Source: an uncultured bacterium (GTDB taxonomy: Bacteria > Chloroflexota > UBA5177 > JANWHV01). Taken from it: DNA of 64,000 bases. A model generated the notes under the pieces. That model did no database searches. It saw only the letters and a program-made list of their open reading frames with translations, and was not told where the DNA came from. Positions within the stretch are counted from its first letter, which is position 1. Each line of letters begins with the position of its first letter. The position numbers and the translations under genes were made by a program. The stretch lies in assembly GCA_963827235.1 (NCBI GenBank), contig CAWHAE010000010.1:128001-192000 (forward strand), read 5' to 3'. Shown here one piece after another: positions 9,134 to 19,984 of this stretch.

Positions 9134-11813
9134 GTGGAGAACGGACACATGACAGACAACACAACCAAGCATGAAGACCTGCTGGAGCAAGCAGACGATC
9201 AGATCGCTCCCTCGGCTGAGGGCGTGGTCGTGGACATCGACAACGGCGAAGCCGGCACGCAACACTCCATACCAGACATCCTGCCGGTGCTGCCGCTCAG
9301 GGGACTGGTCGTATACCCCTATGCGGCTCTGCCGCTGATGGTAGGACAGGCGCGCTCCGTTCAGCTCGTGGACGACGCCATGCGCGGCAATCGCATGGTC
9401 GCGCTAGCAGCCCAGCTCGATCCGGCAATCGAGAACGCGGCACCAGACCAGGTCCGCCGGGTGGGCACGGCAGCGCGCATTTTGCAGCTTCTGCGCCGTC
9501 CCGACGGCGGGCTGATGGTGGCCATGCAGGGCCTCGAACGGATCAAGATCGACGAATACGTGGGCGAGACGCCGTACCTCATGGCGCGCATCTCCCTGTA
9601 TCCCGACGAGCCCGAGGAGTCCCTCGAGGTCGAGGCGCTGCGCCGCAACGCCATCGCGGCATTCCAGAAGCTGGTGGGACTGGCGCAGTATCTGCCGGAG
9701 GAGCTGGCCACGGTCGTGCTCAACCTGGAGGATACCCGCCAGCTGATTTATCTGATCGCGGGCAGCCTGCAGATCGACCTCGAGGTGAAGCAGGAGGTGC
9801 TGGAGGCGAATTCTCTATCCGATAAGCTACGGAAGCTCAACGACGTGATGGGGCACGAGCTCGAGGTTCTGGAGCTGGGAAGCAGGATCCAGGGCCAGGC
9901 GCAGGAGGAGATGAGCAAGGCGCAGCGCGAGTACATTCTGCGCGAGCAGCTCAAGGCGATCCAGCGCGAGCTCGGCGAATCGGACGACCAGCAGGCCGAG
10001 ATCAACGAGCTGCGGGATCGGCTGGAGAAGGCCAATCTGCCCGGTGAGGCCCGTAAGGAAGCCGACCGCGAGCTGTCGAGGCTGGAGCGCATTCCCACGG
10101 CATCGCCGGAACATTCCGTGATCCGCACCTACCTGGACCTGCTGATCAGCCTGCCGTGGAGCGACGTCGACCGGCGGCGAAATCGACGTGCCGAAGGCGC
10201 GCAAGATTCTGGACGACGACCACTACGATCTGGTGAAGGTGAAGGATCGCATTCTGGAATACCTGGCGGTGCGCAGGATGAAGCACGATCGCGGCCTGGA
10301 GGGCGGCACGGTGGACCGTGAGCCGCTTCTCTGCCTGGTGGGCCCGCCCGGCGTGGGCAAGACGAGCCTGGGGCAGTCGATTGCCAGGGCCATGGGCCGG
10401 AAGTTCACGCGCCTGTCGCTGGGCGGTATTCGGGACGAGGCGGAAATTCGCGGGCATCGCCGCACCTACATCGGCGCCATGCCCGGGTCGATCATTCAGG
10501 CCATCCGGCGCGCCGGATCCAACGATCCGGTGTTCATGCTGGACGAGATTGACAAGGTCGGGTCGGACTGGCGCGGCGATCCTTCCTCCGCGCTGCTCGA
10601 GGTGCTGGATCCGGAGCAGAATCGAGAGTTTCGCGACAACTACCTGGATATCCCGTTCGATCTGTCGAAGGTGACGTTCATCGCCACGGCCAACACCATG
10701 GACAGCATTCCACCGCCCCTCCTGGACCGCATGGAAGTGCTGCAGCTTCCCGGCTACACGGAGGACGAGAAGGTGATGATTGCCGTTCGCTACCTCGTGC
10801 CGAAGCAGCGGCGAGCGAATGGTCTCCTGCCGGCAGACATCGAGGTGACCGAGGATGCTCTGCACGAAGTAGTGCGGAGCTACACGCGAGAGGCGGGCGT
10901 GCGCAACCTGGAGCGGCAGGTGGCCACCCTCTGCCGAAAAGTGGCGCGGGAGATGAGCGAGTCAACCGGCAAGCCGGCAGACAGCGCGTCGAGCGAGAAT
11001 GGCGTCGCGCTCTCGGCCGCCGTGGCCGCGGAGGTGCCGGCCGGGGTGGCCGCGGCTCCGGCAAGTCTGGACGCCGCCCCGGCAGTGCCGGCCGCAACGG
11101 GCTCGGTGCCGGATGCTCCAATCGCCGTGTCGCCTGCCGTTCAGCCGGTCGTGGTGGATGCCTCGGCCGTGCATCGGCTGCTGGGGCGCGAGCTGTTCAG
11201 GAACGAGCAGGCCGAGCGGATCGACCGCCCGGGCGTCGCCACAGGATTGGTGTGGACGCCGGTTGGAGGCGACATCCTGTTCATCGAAGCGGCGCGCATT
11301 CCGGGGCCGGAGGAGAGCCTCATTCTCACGGGACAGCTGGGTGACGTCATGAAGGAGTCCGCGCAGGCGGCGCTGACCTGTGTGCGTTCCGATTCCTCCC
11401 GGCTGGGCATAGAGCCGAGCCTGTGGACGAAGAGCGCCATCCACGTGCACGTCCCGGCCGGCGCCGTGCCCAAGGACGGCCCTTCGGCCGGCGTGACGCT
11501 CGCCGTTGCCCTGGCCTCGCTGATGACGGGGCGCGACGTCAAGAACGACCTGGCCATGACAGGAGAGATCACCCTGCGAGGTAAAGTGCTGCCGGTGGGC
11601 GGGATCAAGGAGAAGATGCTCGGCGCGCACCGGGCCGGGATCAGGACCATCCTGCTGCCGGAACGGAACGTGGCGGACCTGGAGGATCTGCCCAAGGAGC
11701 TGCGCGACGAGATGACGTTCATCCCGGTGACGGAGATTGCGCAGGCCTTCGACGTCGCCCTGACGCAAAAGGTCGTGCCGGCCGATGTGGCCGCCGCGCC
11801 CGTTGCCTCGTGA
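9134..11813 (+). CDS. lon: ATP-dependent protease La (one frameshift near 10170)
   Basis: LPVLPLR N-domain, [23 protein letters not shown] catalytic Ser, GGIKEK catalytic Lys. Confidence 0.95.
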
Positions 11814-11976
11814 AGCACCCGACTCCACACGTTCCTCGATGGCGCCGCGACAGCAGCGCCATCGAGGAGCGCGGCGCGCAGGAGCGGGCACAGTCTCGAC
11901 AAGCTCGGATGTGGGGGCCGATGGCGAGCCAGGCAGGGCGGCACACCGGCGGGTGCACAGACGGCGCTATCGACGC

Positions 11977-12555
11977 TCACCCGGCGTACTCGCGGCGCAA
12001 GAGCGAGTACATGCGCGCGTCGTAGAAGGCGCCGACCTCGCGCCAGTACCGATAGTCACGCAGGATGCCTTCCTCGGTAAAGCCGACCTTAGCCAGAACG
12101 CGCATCGAGCGCGTGTTGTCGAGGTTGGTCGTGGCCTCGATACGGTTGAGATTGAGCTGCGCGAAGCCGAGCCCGACGAGAGCACGCACCGCCTCCGTCG
12201 CCAGGCCGCGGCCCCAGTGGGAATAGGCCAGGTCGTAGCCGATTCTCGCCCGGTACGTCTCGTCGTCGACGCCGGGGAAGCCGGCCGTCCCGATAATCGT
12301 GTCGTCGCCCTTGAGCGTGAGGCCCCAGCGGATGCCGCGGTTGGCGGCGAAGCGCCGTCCGAAGGAGGCGATCAGCTCGTCCGCCTGATCGATGCCCTCG
12401 AAGGGGGCAATGTGCGTGGGTACGGCCACGCGCGGGTCGGCGAACATGGCGAACACGGCGGCCCGGTCATCGGGCGTCAACGCTCGTAGGGTCAGGCGGT
12501 CGGTTTCAATCGTGGGGATGGTGTTGGGGAAGCTCACGGGGTTGCGTGTCTCCAT
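11977..12555 (-). CDS. RimJ/RimL-like GNAT acetyltransferase
   Basis: IETDRLTLR, IGY...WGRGLATEA, N.RS.RVL.K.GF..EG. Confidence 0.9.
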   Translation of the reverse strand: METRNPVSFPNTIPTIETDRLTLRALTPDDRAAVFAMFADPRVAVPTHIAPFEGIDQADELIASFGRRFAANRGIRWGLTLKGDDTIIGTAGFPGVDDETYRARIGYDLAYSHWGRGLATEAVRALVGLGFAQLNLNRIEATTNLDNTRSMRVLAKVGFTEEGILRDYRYWREVGAFYDARMYSLLRREYAG

Positions 12556-12925
12556 GGTCGGTACGCTCCGTCGCATGCGCGGTCTGTGGACGTGACATCA
12601 GCGTACGGCGCAACGTATCATGGCTGGGCCGTCACGGCGCACGGCCCCTACGGGGCGCCGGGTGGGGTGGTGGCCCGCCTGCATGCTTGGCAGGGACGAT
12701 GCAGTAAGGCAACGGCGGCATACCGCACGATCGGGCGTGCACTCTCTGCAGTATAGATGGGATCGATCGGACTGTACATAAGCCGCCACGAGCGCGCATA
12801 TGGGAACACCCCAGTATCGATCAACAAGGCACCGTCACGATGCTCGAAACGGGGCCGCTGGCGGATCTCGTGGGGGTCGCCCGGCGCTTTCTGCTGGACT
12901 GGTATGCGCTCTGGCGCATCGAGGA

Positions 12926-13061
12926 CGGTGGTAGATAACCCGAAGGTCAGTCCGGTTTGCGCGCGTGGTGTGACAGAGAGGAGCGGTAGTGGTCGACGCT
13001 GCGCTTCACCGTCCCTGGTGTCGATGGTCGATGACTCGAAGGTTAGCCCGGTTTGCACTCG
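12926..13061. repeat. Two imperfect 40-bp direct repeats (12926-12965, 13022-13061)
   Basis: Hand alignment 32/40 identical, period 96 bp. Confidence 0.7.
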
Positions 13062-13119
13062 AGGGTCCGGCCAGTACCGCGATTGAGCGCCATGATCCAA
13101 CCTATCGCCTCGCCGGCCG

Positions 13120-13255
13120 TGCTCGCTCGCTCAAGCACGTCGTCATCCTTATCCAGGATCCCTGGCTTGGGCTCGGCTGGAGCGTCCCCGATACCCTCAT
13201 CGTGATCGCATTCCTGGCCGTGCCCGCGGCCCTCACTTCCCGCTTTCTCAGGTAG
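13120..13255 (+). pseudogene. C-terminal remnant of ABC-2-type permease
   Basis: LKHVVILIQDPWLGLGW...LIVIAFLAVPAALTSRFLR; no N-terminal part. Confidence 0.4.
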
Positions 13256-13261
13256 CTCCTA

Positions 13262-13843
13262 TCACGGATGGAGCTTCTGCTTACTCTCGAGCATGGCGAG
13301 GAACGTCTCGAGGCGTGCCCGGCGCGTCTCGGGCTTCTTGGCGGTTTCGATCCGATAGCAGATCGCGTAGCGGTTGACTTTGTTGAGCGATTCAAAGAAC
13401 GCCAGGGCTTCAGGCCGCTTTTCCAGCTCTAGGCGGAGATCGTCGGGCACGATCACGGTGCGTTGCGACGCATACGCGGTGTCCCAACGGCCATCGGCCT
13501 TGGCCGCTTCCACTTCCCGTAGACCGGCAGGCTGCATCCTGCCGGCGCCGATGAGCTGTGCCACCTTCTCGGTATTGATTTTGGACCATCCGCTCTTGGG
13601 ACTCCGTGGCGTAAACTTCTGCAGCCAGAAGAGCTCATCGTACGGCTTCTTCTGGCCGTCGATCCATCCGTAGCACAGCGCCACGTCGAGCGCTTCGGCA
13701 TAGGTGACCGACGCCGTCCCGGAGACTTTCTTGGCCAGCTTGAGCCATACCCCCGGCGCATGCGCATGGTGCTCGGCGAGCCAGTCCTCCCACGCGCTCG
13801 GCGAGGCAAAGGGCATAATCGGCAGATTGGCCAGCATCTCCAT
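13262..13843 (-). CDS. YdeI/OmpD-associated family protein
   Basis: WEDWLAEHH, ALCYGWIDG, FTPRSPKSGWS, AKKPETRRAR. Confidence 0.9.
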   Translation of the reverse strand: MEMLANLPIMPFASPSAWEDWLAEHHAHAPGVWLKLAKKVSGTASVTYAEALDVALCYGWIDGQKKPYDELFWLQKFTPRSPKSGWSKINTEKVAQLIGAGRMQPAGLREVEAAKADGRWDTAYASQRTVIVPDDLRLELEKRPEALAFFESLNKVNRYAICYRIETAKKPETRRARLETFLAMLESKQKLHP

Positions 13844-13927
13844 AGCCGTGAGCGTAACACGGAGTAGCGGTCACGAGGCTCCGCAATCCGGATGAGCGGC
13901 GGCCTTTCGCCACCGCAATTCCGTGGG

Positions 13928-14510
13928 CTAGTAACGTGCGTCGGCCGACTCTGGCAGGTCCCGCGTCGTGCGCAGCGGGGAGTGCCAGATCCACGCGACG
14001 GCCGACAGCATGGCCATCGCCGAAGACGCCATCGTCGCTCCGGGCCCGATCCAGGTGCCGAGCAGGCCGCCAAGCACGGCTCCCGCGAGTCCCGGCACAC
14101 CGAGACCAAGCACCCGCAGTGCCGCACCGGTGCGCCCAAGCAGCCGGATCGGCAACAGCCTCTGATGAATGGCGGCGTACGCCACATTGCTGAGCGCGTT
14201 CCCGGCAGCGACGAAGCACTGCGTGAGCGCCAAGACCGTGAGTGCGGGCACGGGCGGCAGTGACCAGACGATGACCGCCACAAAGTCCTGACCGCCGATG
14301 ACCATGAACGTCACGCCCGCGACCGCTGCCGGGCCATCTCCCCACGCGCGCGCCACGTACGGCGCCGCAGCTGCGCCAACAAGCCCACCGGCGCTCCCGA
14401 CGGTGAACAACAGACCGATCAATCCAGCGCTCACGTGCAGGTCCCGATCGAGGTACGGCACGAACATGGTCTGAAAGATCGAGGCGAACAGCACCCAACG
14501 TTTCATGTGA
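13928..14510 (-). pseudogene. C-terminal half of an MFS transporter
   Basis: About six hydrophobic helices, QRLLP.RLLGR motif; no N-terminal half upstream. Confidence 0.6.
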
Positions 14511-14756
14511 AACGTGGCAGCGCGCGCTTCCGACGAGCCGTGGTGTTGAGGCGATTCGCGGGCGTGTTTCCATGACAGGACCCGCTGTCGACATGCATGG
14601 TACCGGGCTCCGCGGCAATGCTGCCGCCGAGGCATCCTGACTCATCCTACGGTACGGCGGCGTATCCAGTTGTGAACGCTTTCCCGGATCCTTCCTTGCA
14701 GGCGACGGGGCGGCGACGGACACTACAGGTTAACGAATGCGCAAGGTCGGAGGTTC

Positions 14757-16298
14757 ATGAAGCAGATGATGCAGCCCGATGCCGAGATCGTTTCCACGCC
14801 CCTGGTTATCGACGGGTCACCATTGACCCTGGCAGACGTCGAGGAAGTCGCCCGCCGTCGCCGTCCGGTCTCGCTCGCGAGGACCGCGGTGGAGCGACTC
14901 GCCAGAGGCCGAGAGCTCATCGAGCATATCGTCGAGCACGACGACACTGTATACGGCATCAACACGGGATTCGGAAGTCTGGCCCGGGTACGCGTGTCGC
15001 GCGAACAGCTCCTCGACCTGCAGCGTAACCTCGTGCGCAGCCATGCCGCCGGGGTCGGCGTGCCGCTCGACGCCGAGGTTGCGCGGGCCATGCTACTGAT
15101 CACGGCGGCCAGCCTGGCTCGTGGGCACTCGGGGGTCCGCCCCGACGTGGTGGAGCTGCTGCTGGGCATGCTCAACAGGGACGTCCTGCCCGTCATACCG
15201 TCGCAGGGATCGGTCGGGGCAAGCGGCGACCTGGCACCGCTGGCGCATCTGGCTCTGGTTCTGATCGGCGAGGGCGAGGCCACGGTGAGCGGCAGGCGGA
15301 TGCAGGGATCCGCCGCCCTGCAGGAGGCGGGGCTGACGTCGATCACGCTTCAGGCAAAGGAGGGTTTGGCGCTGATCAACGGCACACACCTGATGTGCTC
15401 GGTGGGCGCGCTGGCGGTGCACGATGCCCTGCGCCTTGTCGCCGGCGCCGAGACGGCGGCCGCGGCGAGCCTGGATGCGTTGAAGGGCACGGACGTTGCC
15501 TTCGATGCCAGGATTCACCGCCTGCGCCCGCATCCCGGCCAACAGGCCGTGGCGGAGCGATTGCGCTACCTGCTGCGAGGCAGCGAGATCAGGCGCAGTC
15601 ACGAGGGCTGTACGCGCGTGCAGGATCCCTACACGCTGCGCTGCATCCCTCAGGTGCTGGGAGCAGTGCGCGACGCCATCACCTACTGCGGCGAGGTTTT
15701 CACCATCGAGCTTGGCGCCGTGACGGACAATCCGCTCAGCTTTCCCGAGGACGGAGACGTGATCTCAGGGGGAAACTTCCACGGCCAGCCGGTCGCGCTG
15801 GCCCTCGATTTCCTCACGCTGGCCATCTGCCAGCTTGCCTCGTTCAGCGAGCGCCGTACTTACGCGCTGGTAAGCACCTGGGAAGGCGACGCCGCTTTGC
15901 CGATCTTCCTGACCGAGACGCCGGGTCTGGGCTCGGGCTTCATGGTGGCCCAGTACGTGGCAGCCTCGCTGGTGAACGAGAACAAGGTTCTGGCCTATCC
16001 GGCCAGCGCGGACTCCATTCCGACATCGGCGGGGACAGAAGATTTCAACAGCATGGGAGCCACCTCGGCATGGAAGGCTCGACGCGTGCTGCACAACGCC
16101 CTGCGCGTGGTGGCGATCGAGACGCTGTGCGCGGCGCAGGCGCTGGAGTGCCGCCGGCCTCTGTCGAGCGGCCAGCCGATCGAGGAGGCCGTGCGGCGCG
16201 TGCGAACGCTGGTGCCACATCTGCAGGAAGACCGGTCGCTGGGGGCGGAGATCGAAACGCTGGCCGAGGCCATACGTGGCGGCCTGCTCGAGGTCTAG
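14757..16298 (+). CDS. hutH: Histidine ammonia-lyase
   Basis: VYGINTGFG, LVRSHAAG, MIO motif GSVGASGDLAPL, QDPYTLRC, GGNFHGQP. Confidence 0.93.
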   Translation: MKQMMQPDAEIVSTPLVIDGSPLTLADVEEVARRRRPVSLARTAVERLARGRELIEHIVEHDDTVYGINTGFGSLARVRVSREQLLDLQRNLVRSHAAGVGVPLDAEVARAMLLITAASLARGHSGVRPDVVELLLGMLNRDVLPVIPSQGSVGASGDLAPLAHLALVLIGEGEATVSGRRMQGSAALQEAGLTSITLQAKEGLALINGTHLMCSVGALAVHDALRLVAGAETAAAASLDALKGTDVAFDARIHRLRPHPGQQAVAERLRYLLRGSEIRRSHEGCTRVQDPYTLRCIPQVLGAVRDAITYCGEVFTIELGAVTDNPLSFPEDGDVISGGNFHGQPVALALDFLTLAICQLASFSERRTYALVSTWEGDAALPIFLTETPGLGSGFMVAQYVAASLVNENKVLAYPASADSIPTSAGTEDFNSMGATSAWKARRVLHNALRVVAIETLCAAQALECRRPLSSGQPIEEAVRRVRTLVPHLQEDRSLGAEIETLAEAIRGGLLEV

Positions 16299-16975
16299 CT
16301 GCGGCCCGGGCTCAGGGAACCACCAGGGTCTTGAGATTGTCGCCGCTCTGCGCCGCCTCCATGGCGGCACCGAACTCCGCGAGCGGGAACTCGGCGCTTA
16401 TCAACGGCTTTACGGTCACCGTGCCGTCCGCCAGGGCACGTATCGCCCGGGGGTAGCAGTACGGTCCCAGGTGGCTGCCATGGATGTTCAGCTCGCGCTG
16501 ATCGCCCACCAGGTTCCAGTCGATGGTCACCGGCTCGCCCATCACGCTGAAGGCCACCACGGTGCCCAGGCGCCGGATCATGGCCAGGCCCTGCTGCGGG
16601 CCCCTGGCACTGCCCGTGGCCTCGATATAGACGTCGCAGCCGTAGCCCTCGGTGAGCCGGCGCACGCGCGCAGGCGCGTCTTCTTCCAGCGGATTGATCA
16701 CCACGTCCGCTCCCAGCTGGGAGGCCAGGTTCAGCCTGTACGGCTTGACATCGACGGCGATGAGCTGGCCCGGGTTGAATCGGCGGGCAGCCTGCAGCAT
16801 GCACAGCCCGATGTTTCCGGCACCGGCAAGCACCACGGTGTCGCCGGGAGCGATCTCAGCGCGATCCACGGCATGGATCGCGCAGGCCAGCGGCTCGATG
16901 TAGGCGGCCTCGCGCCGCTCGACGCGAGGGTCGATCTCGTGGATCAGGGACCTGGAGGGCAGCGACATGTATTCG
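15955..16975. repeat. 1,021-bp direct repeat, left copy (hutH 3' end + dehydrogenase 3' part)
   Basis: Matches 27112-28132 at constant offset 11157 with about 10 substitutions. Confidence 0.95.
16312..16975 (-). pseudogene. 5'-truncated copy of the Zn-dependent dehydrogenase at 27469-28536
   Basis: Near-identical C-terminal ~220 aa; lacks the GHE and Zn-cysteine region. Confidence 0.9.
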
Positions 16976-17270
16976 ACTCGCCCGAGCCGCTGCTTGGTGG
17001 TCGCGCATGTCGTGCATCTCCGCTATCACGTGGCAGCCGCAGGACGGCTGGCCGCTGCTCGTGGCAGGATGTCGCGGAGTGATACCGGACACAGGACGCA
17101 GGCATCGAGCGCTGCAATGTAGCTTGACGCTGGACAGGCTCAATCGTAGACCCCGAGTTCTTCCGAGAGAGCGATCATCACATCAAGCCGCCGCGCGCCG
17201 CTCTGCGTCGCGGCGCCGAATTACCCTAGCTCGATCATGTGCGAGTGCGTGAACGGTGGCTGGCGCCAAC

Positions 17271-18524
17271 TCAGGCCACCACTCTAGTGGGTGCGGCCCC
17301 AGGCACGTCTGCGGCATTGGCACCAGCGAGGCGTGGCACGGGCGTCTGCCGGACCAGCCGGAAGTTGAGCACACCGCACAGTGCGACGAACGCCGCACCA
17401 GTGCCAATCACCTGGCGCACGCCCAGCAGGTCGGCTAGCGCCCCTCCCCAGGCCAGGGAGATGAGCAAACCCGCGGCCACGGTCATGTTGCACACACTCA
17501 TCACGCGGCCCATCACCCGGTCCTCCGCGCTCAGCTGGATGAGCGTGATGAAGGAGACAAGGGTGATGCTAAAGAGGAAGCCGACGGCGCCCACGGCCAC
17601 CATGGCCACCACCAGTGACGGCGCCAGTGCATAGGTCAGCAGCGCGCAGGCGTTGGCCAGCACAGGCCAGCGCACGAGGTGGTGGTAGTGTCGGGCCACG
17701 CGGCTACCGGCGACCAGCATCAGGGTGCTGCCGCAAAAGGCGCCCGCACCGTTAGCCAGGTAGAGCACACCGACCATGTCGGAGTGCAGATGCAGCACGC
17801 GGCTGATGAAGATGACGTCGAGCACAGTCAGCGCACCCACGCCTAAGCAGTACACGAAGGCGGTCGAGAACAGGCCGACGAGTTGGGTGCGGCGGCGCAC
17901 GTAGGTCAGGCCGATGGTGATCTCCTCCAGGAGCGAGCCAGCTGCTCCGGCGCCGGGCGGAGGCGGCACGGGCACGGTGGCCAGCACTGGAGCCGCACAG
18001 AGGTAGAGCAGTCCCAGGAGGAGCACCGCTCCATGGGCGCCCAGCTGCGCAAACAACAACGCGCCTCCTGCCGGTGCCAGCAGCCCGGCCGTGCTCTGCA
18101 GCAGGGAGAGGAGACTGTTCGCTTGACCCAGCTGGGTCTGGCCGACAATCACCGGCGTGCAGGCCGCGGCAGCCGGCCCGAAGAACTGCGAGGCCCCGTT
18201 GACAAGGAGCGTAGCCAGCACGATCACCGGCAACTGGGCGCGCGTCGTCACCAGGAAGAGGGGCAGCACCAAGGTGGCGCGGGCCAGCACGGCCAGGGCC
18301 ATCACGTGGCCGCGGTGCCACCGATCGACCAGGGCGCCGGCGATAGGCGAGAGTACCAGGAGAGGCAGCGCCTCGGCCAGCCCCACCAGGCTGGTGCCGA
18401 CGCCTGAATGGGTAAGCTGATAGACCCAGAGCAGGAGGAGCGCGCGCAAGGCCCAATCGGCGAACAGACTGAGAAATTGCCCGACCCACAGCCGGGCGAA
18501 CCCGCCATTGCGTAGCACCAGCAT
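17271..18524 (-). CDS. MFS transporter (DHA3/MefA-like)
   Basis: FARLWVGQFLS, AGALVDRW motif A, about 12 TM segments. Confidence 0.9.
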   Translation of the reverse strand: MLVLRNGGFARLWVGQFLSLFADWALRALLLLWVYQLTHSGVGTSLVGLAEALPLLVLSPIAGALVDRWHRGHVMALAVLARATLVLPLFLVTTRAQLPVIVLATLLVNGASQFFGPAAAACTPVIVGQTQLGQANSLLSLLQSTAGLLAPAGGALLFAQLGAHGAVLLLGLLYLCAAPVLATVPVPPPPGAGAAGSLLEEITIGLTYVRRRTQLVGLFSTAFVYCLGVGALTVLDVIFISRVLHLHSDMVGVLYLANGAGAFCGSTLMLVAGSRVARHYHHLVRWPVLANACALLTYALAPSLVVAMVAVGAVGFLFSITLVSFITLIQLSAEDRVMGRVMSVCNMTVAAGLLISLAWGGALADLLGVRQVIGTGAAFVALCGVLNFRLVRQTPVPRLAGANAADVPGAAPTRVVA

Positions 18525-19281
18525 TGCTCGCCTTACCTCTCCATCAACAAGCCAGGTCGTGGACTCGGCCGCTCGAATCGATAGTCAGACGTCATGCTAC
18601 GCGCCGACATGTCTGCCGACGAGAAAGCTGGGCAGGAATGCCGCCAGCCCTGTGCGGTGTGGTCGCGCAGGGAAGGTGGCCCTACCCACAGCGCCGGCGT
18701 CGAACGGGTATGGACTGGTGAAGGTGCACAGAGCCGGCGCGGCATCGTCCGGTACGGCTGGACGGTCGACGAACCGCGCGTCGACCATCGTGGTCATCAG
18801 CGCCGGCAACCATTCGAGGGCTGAGGAGATGTCTTTCCGAGGCATGAAGGTCTTCCCTTCTACATTGCCTTGAGGGACGATCTGCAACGTGCGCTCGCGT
18901 TCTCGTGGATTCCAGTCTGTGCTCGGCCGCGCCACCTCACCACGTAGACCCGCCGTCGTGGTCGCAGGTGTTTGGCGCTGCGGGCCAGGTTTGCGGGTTG
19001 CGCCTATCCGGGCAGATAGCGGGCCCCTGGTGCCATGAAACGCACTCGATGCGCGCCGGAACGAAGGGTGACGCCGCACCGAAGGCCAGGAGCCCATAGC
19101 GAGAGAGCGACGAACGAGCGTGTCGACGAACGTGCTTGTGGAGACGCTCATCATGCCAAAGCCATCGGCGTGGCGGTATCGACCGCAGCAGAGGAGGCCG
19201 CTGGATAGCCCCCGTGAAAAGCTGCGTACAGAAGACTCGTTCCGCACCGCAAGAGTTATCGCATGTAGAGTCTGAGACTGA

Positions 19282-19731
19282 TCAGCGCGTGGAGAATACA
19301 TGCTGTACGGACCGCGTCGGAGTGGGCGCGGGTGCCGGCACTGGCACAGAACGTCCAGGTATCGCAGCAGGAGTCAGTGCTGTGCTCGCCCGCGTGGTGA
19401 CCCGTATGGATTGTACGTCCGGTACCGTCGCCGTCCTAGTCCAAACCTGACTTTGCGCATACCGGCGCCAGTCGGCGCTGCTGGAATTGGGCGCCGGCGG
19501 AGGTAAGGGCCCTTGCCGTGTGTAGCTGCCGGTCCCCAGTGTCACGCTGCGTGGCGACCAAGCAGCGCCGACCAGTGCCGCGGAAACGACCAGCTCGAAG
19601 AGCACCAGCAAACTCACCAGCGCGTGCCGGGAAGCATACGGCCAACCCGGCCGCGGTAGCAGTCGCAACGCGCGCCGCAGGTCGCGTGGCTCACGAACAG
19701 TTTGGTACTGCAGGGAGTGTTGTGTGCTCAT
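19282..19731 (-). CDS. Hypothetical single-TM / exported protein with Pro/Thr-rich tail
   Basis: RBS GAGGGGA, hydrophobic stretch ALVSLLVLFELVVSAALVGAAW, promoter motif upstream. Confidence 0.5.
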   Translation of the reverse strand: MSTQHSLQYQTVREPRDLRRALRLLPRPGWPYASRHALVSLLVLFELVVSAALVGAAWSPRSVTLGTGSYTRQGPLPPPAPNSSSADWRRYAQSQVWTRTATVPDVQSIRVTTRASTALTPAAIPGRSVPVPAPAPTPTRSVQHVFSTR

Positions 19732-19807
19732 CGTGCTGTTCCCCTCGTCGCTCGCTCGACCACCACACCGTGTTCCGGTATGCATGTCGCACGCCCCCAA
19801 TGTCCGC

Positions 19808-19872
19808 AGTATGCGCCCCGCGTGCTGTCGTGCCCACGAACAGGCGACCGCACAGTAGGACGCACAGTTGCC
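19808..19872 (-). promoter_or_regulatory. Promoter A: three phased boxes + TGGGCA-N17-CATACT
   Basis: Minus strand ggcaaCTGTGCg tcctaCTGTGCg gtcgcCTGTTCg TGGGCA N17 CATACT. Confidence 0.6.
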
Positions 19873-19984
19873 TTCACCATACGGGTGAGAGTGCTACTCT
19901 GAGGTCAAGAGCGCGGCTATGCCTGCCTGGATCGTGCTGGGGGCGACAGGTTTCTGCCGCTTCGGCTAGCAGGGATAGACGCCT

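Noticed and set aside
47-11813. Frameshifts in parA, nurA, HAS, herA and lon as pseudogenisation or programmed frameshifting
   Set aside because: Isolated 1-bp indels with intact motifs in conserved genes are best explained by sequencing error; needs read check
14757-16298. Orphan ammonia-lyase as Phe/Tyr lyase or aminomutase of a biosynthetic cluster
   Set aside because: SH specificity motif fits histidine ammonia-lyase; no biosynthetic genes nearby
17028-17038. ACGTGGCAGCC matches the first 11 bp of the 1-kb repeat
   Set aside because: Short GC-rich match could be chance; not at an exact junction
18597-19301. 234-aa minus-strand ORF
   Set aside because: No recognisable motifs; atypical composition; possibly decayed sequence
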